Below are positions 31,974-32,000 of a DNA stretch of 32,000 bases, piece after piece. The stretch lies in contig NZ_OMOH01000002.1 of the NCBI RefSeq assembly GCF_900289195.1, forward strand, positions 211,206 through 243,205, given 5' to 3'. The first letter of the stretch is position 1. Each line of letters opens with the position of its first letter. This DNA is from Propionibacterium ruminifibrarum. Lineage in GTDB: Bacteria; Actinomycetota; Actinomycetes; Propionibacteriales; Propionibacteriaceae. A program made the translations under genes and the position numbers. Under the pieces are notes generated by a model, which did not search any database, was not told the origin of the DNA, and worked only from the letters and a program-made list of their open reading frames with translations.

Positions 31974-32000
31974 GTCAACCTCCTACGAGCGAAGCGTTCA

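Noticed and set aside
31985-32000. Possible LexA/SOS box (TCGAAC-N4-GTTCGA type) in 'acgagcgaagcgttca' at the window edge
   Set aside because: The half-site spacing does not fit (N5 rather than N4) and the left half has two mismatches. The site is truncated by the end of the window, so it cannot be evaluated.
1-32000. Search for CRISPR arrays, tRNA/rRNA genes, IS elements, integrases and long inverted or direct repeats
   Set aside because: No regularly spaced repeats, cloverleaf-compatible intergenic segments or transposase/integrase-like ORFs were seen. All intergenic gaps are 360 nt or shorter and are accounted for by promoters or terminators. A by-eye scan cannot exclude short ncRNAs.

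Overview
This is a very GC-rich, actinobacterial-looking chromosome segment with dense, mostly translationally coupled genes. I recognised no rRNA, tRNA, CRISPR array, transposase or integrase. All family calls rest on motifs read by eye, with no searches run.

Bases 1-15955 are an exopolysaccharide (EPS) locus. It is built as two divergent operons around the only AT-rich island in the window (about 7446-7690).
- Leftward operon: Wzx-like flippase, DUF218 protein, Wzz-like co-polymerase, Tat-signal beta-helix lipoprotein, Wzy-like polymerase, hexapeptide acyltransferase.
- Rightward operon: WcaF-like acetyltransferase and a fused double GT4 glycosyltransferase (second half WcaI-like). Then come gmd-fcl (GDP-L-fucose), joined without gaps to a FadD-like adenylating enzyme, an AcpS-type phosphopantetheinyl transferase, a small carrier protein and a truncated class II aminoacyl-tRNA-synthetase homologue of the amino acid:[carrier protein] ligase type.

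Bases 15981-32000 are housekeeping: hrpA, an AEC transporter, a SorC-family regulator, glpCBA, a patatin-like lipase, nrdJ, nrdR and a proline-rich membrane protein.

The strongest candidate for something new is the carrier-protein aminoacylation/acylation cassette hard-wired to GDP-fucose synthesis inside the EPS locus. No off-loading enzyme or product is evident for it. Secondary signals are the double-GT fusion and the DnaA-box-like and NrdR-box-like repeats upstream of nrdR.
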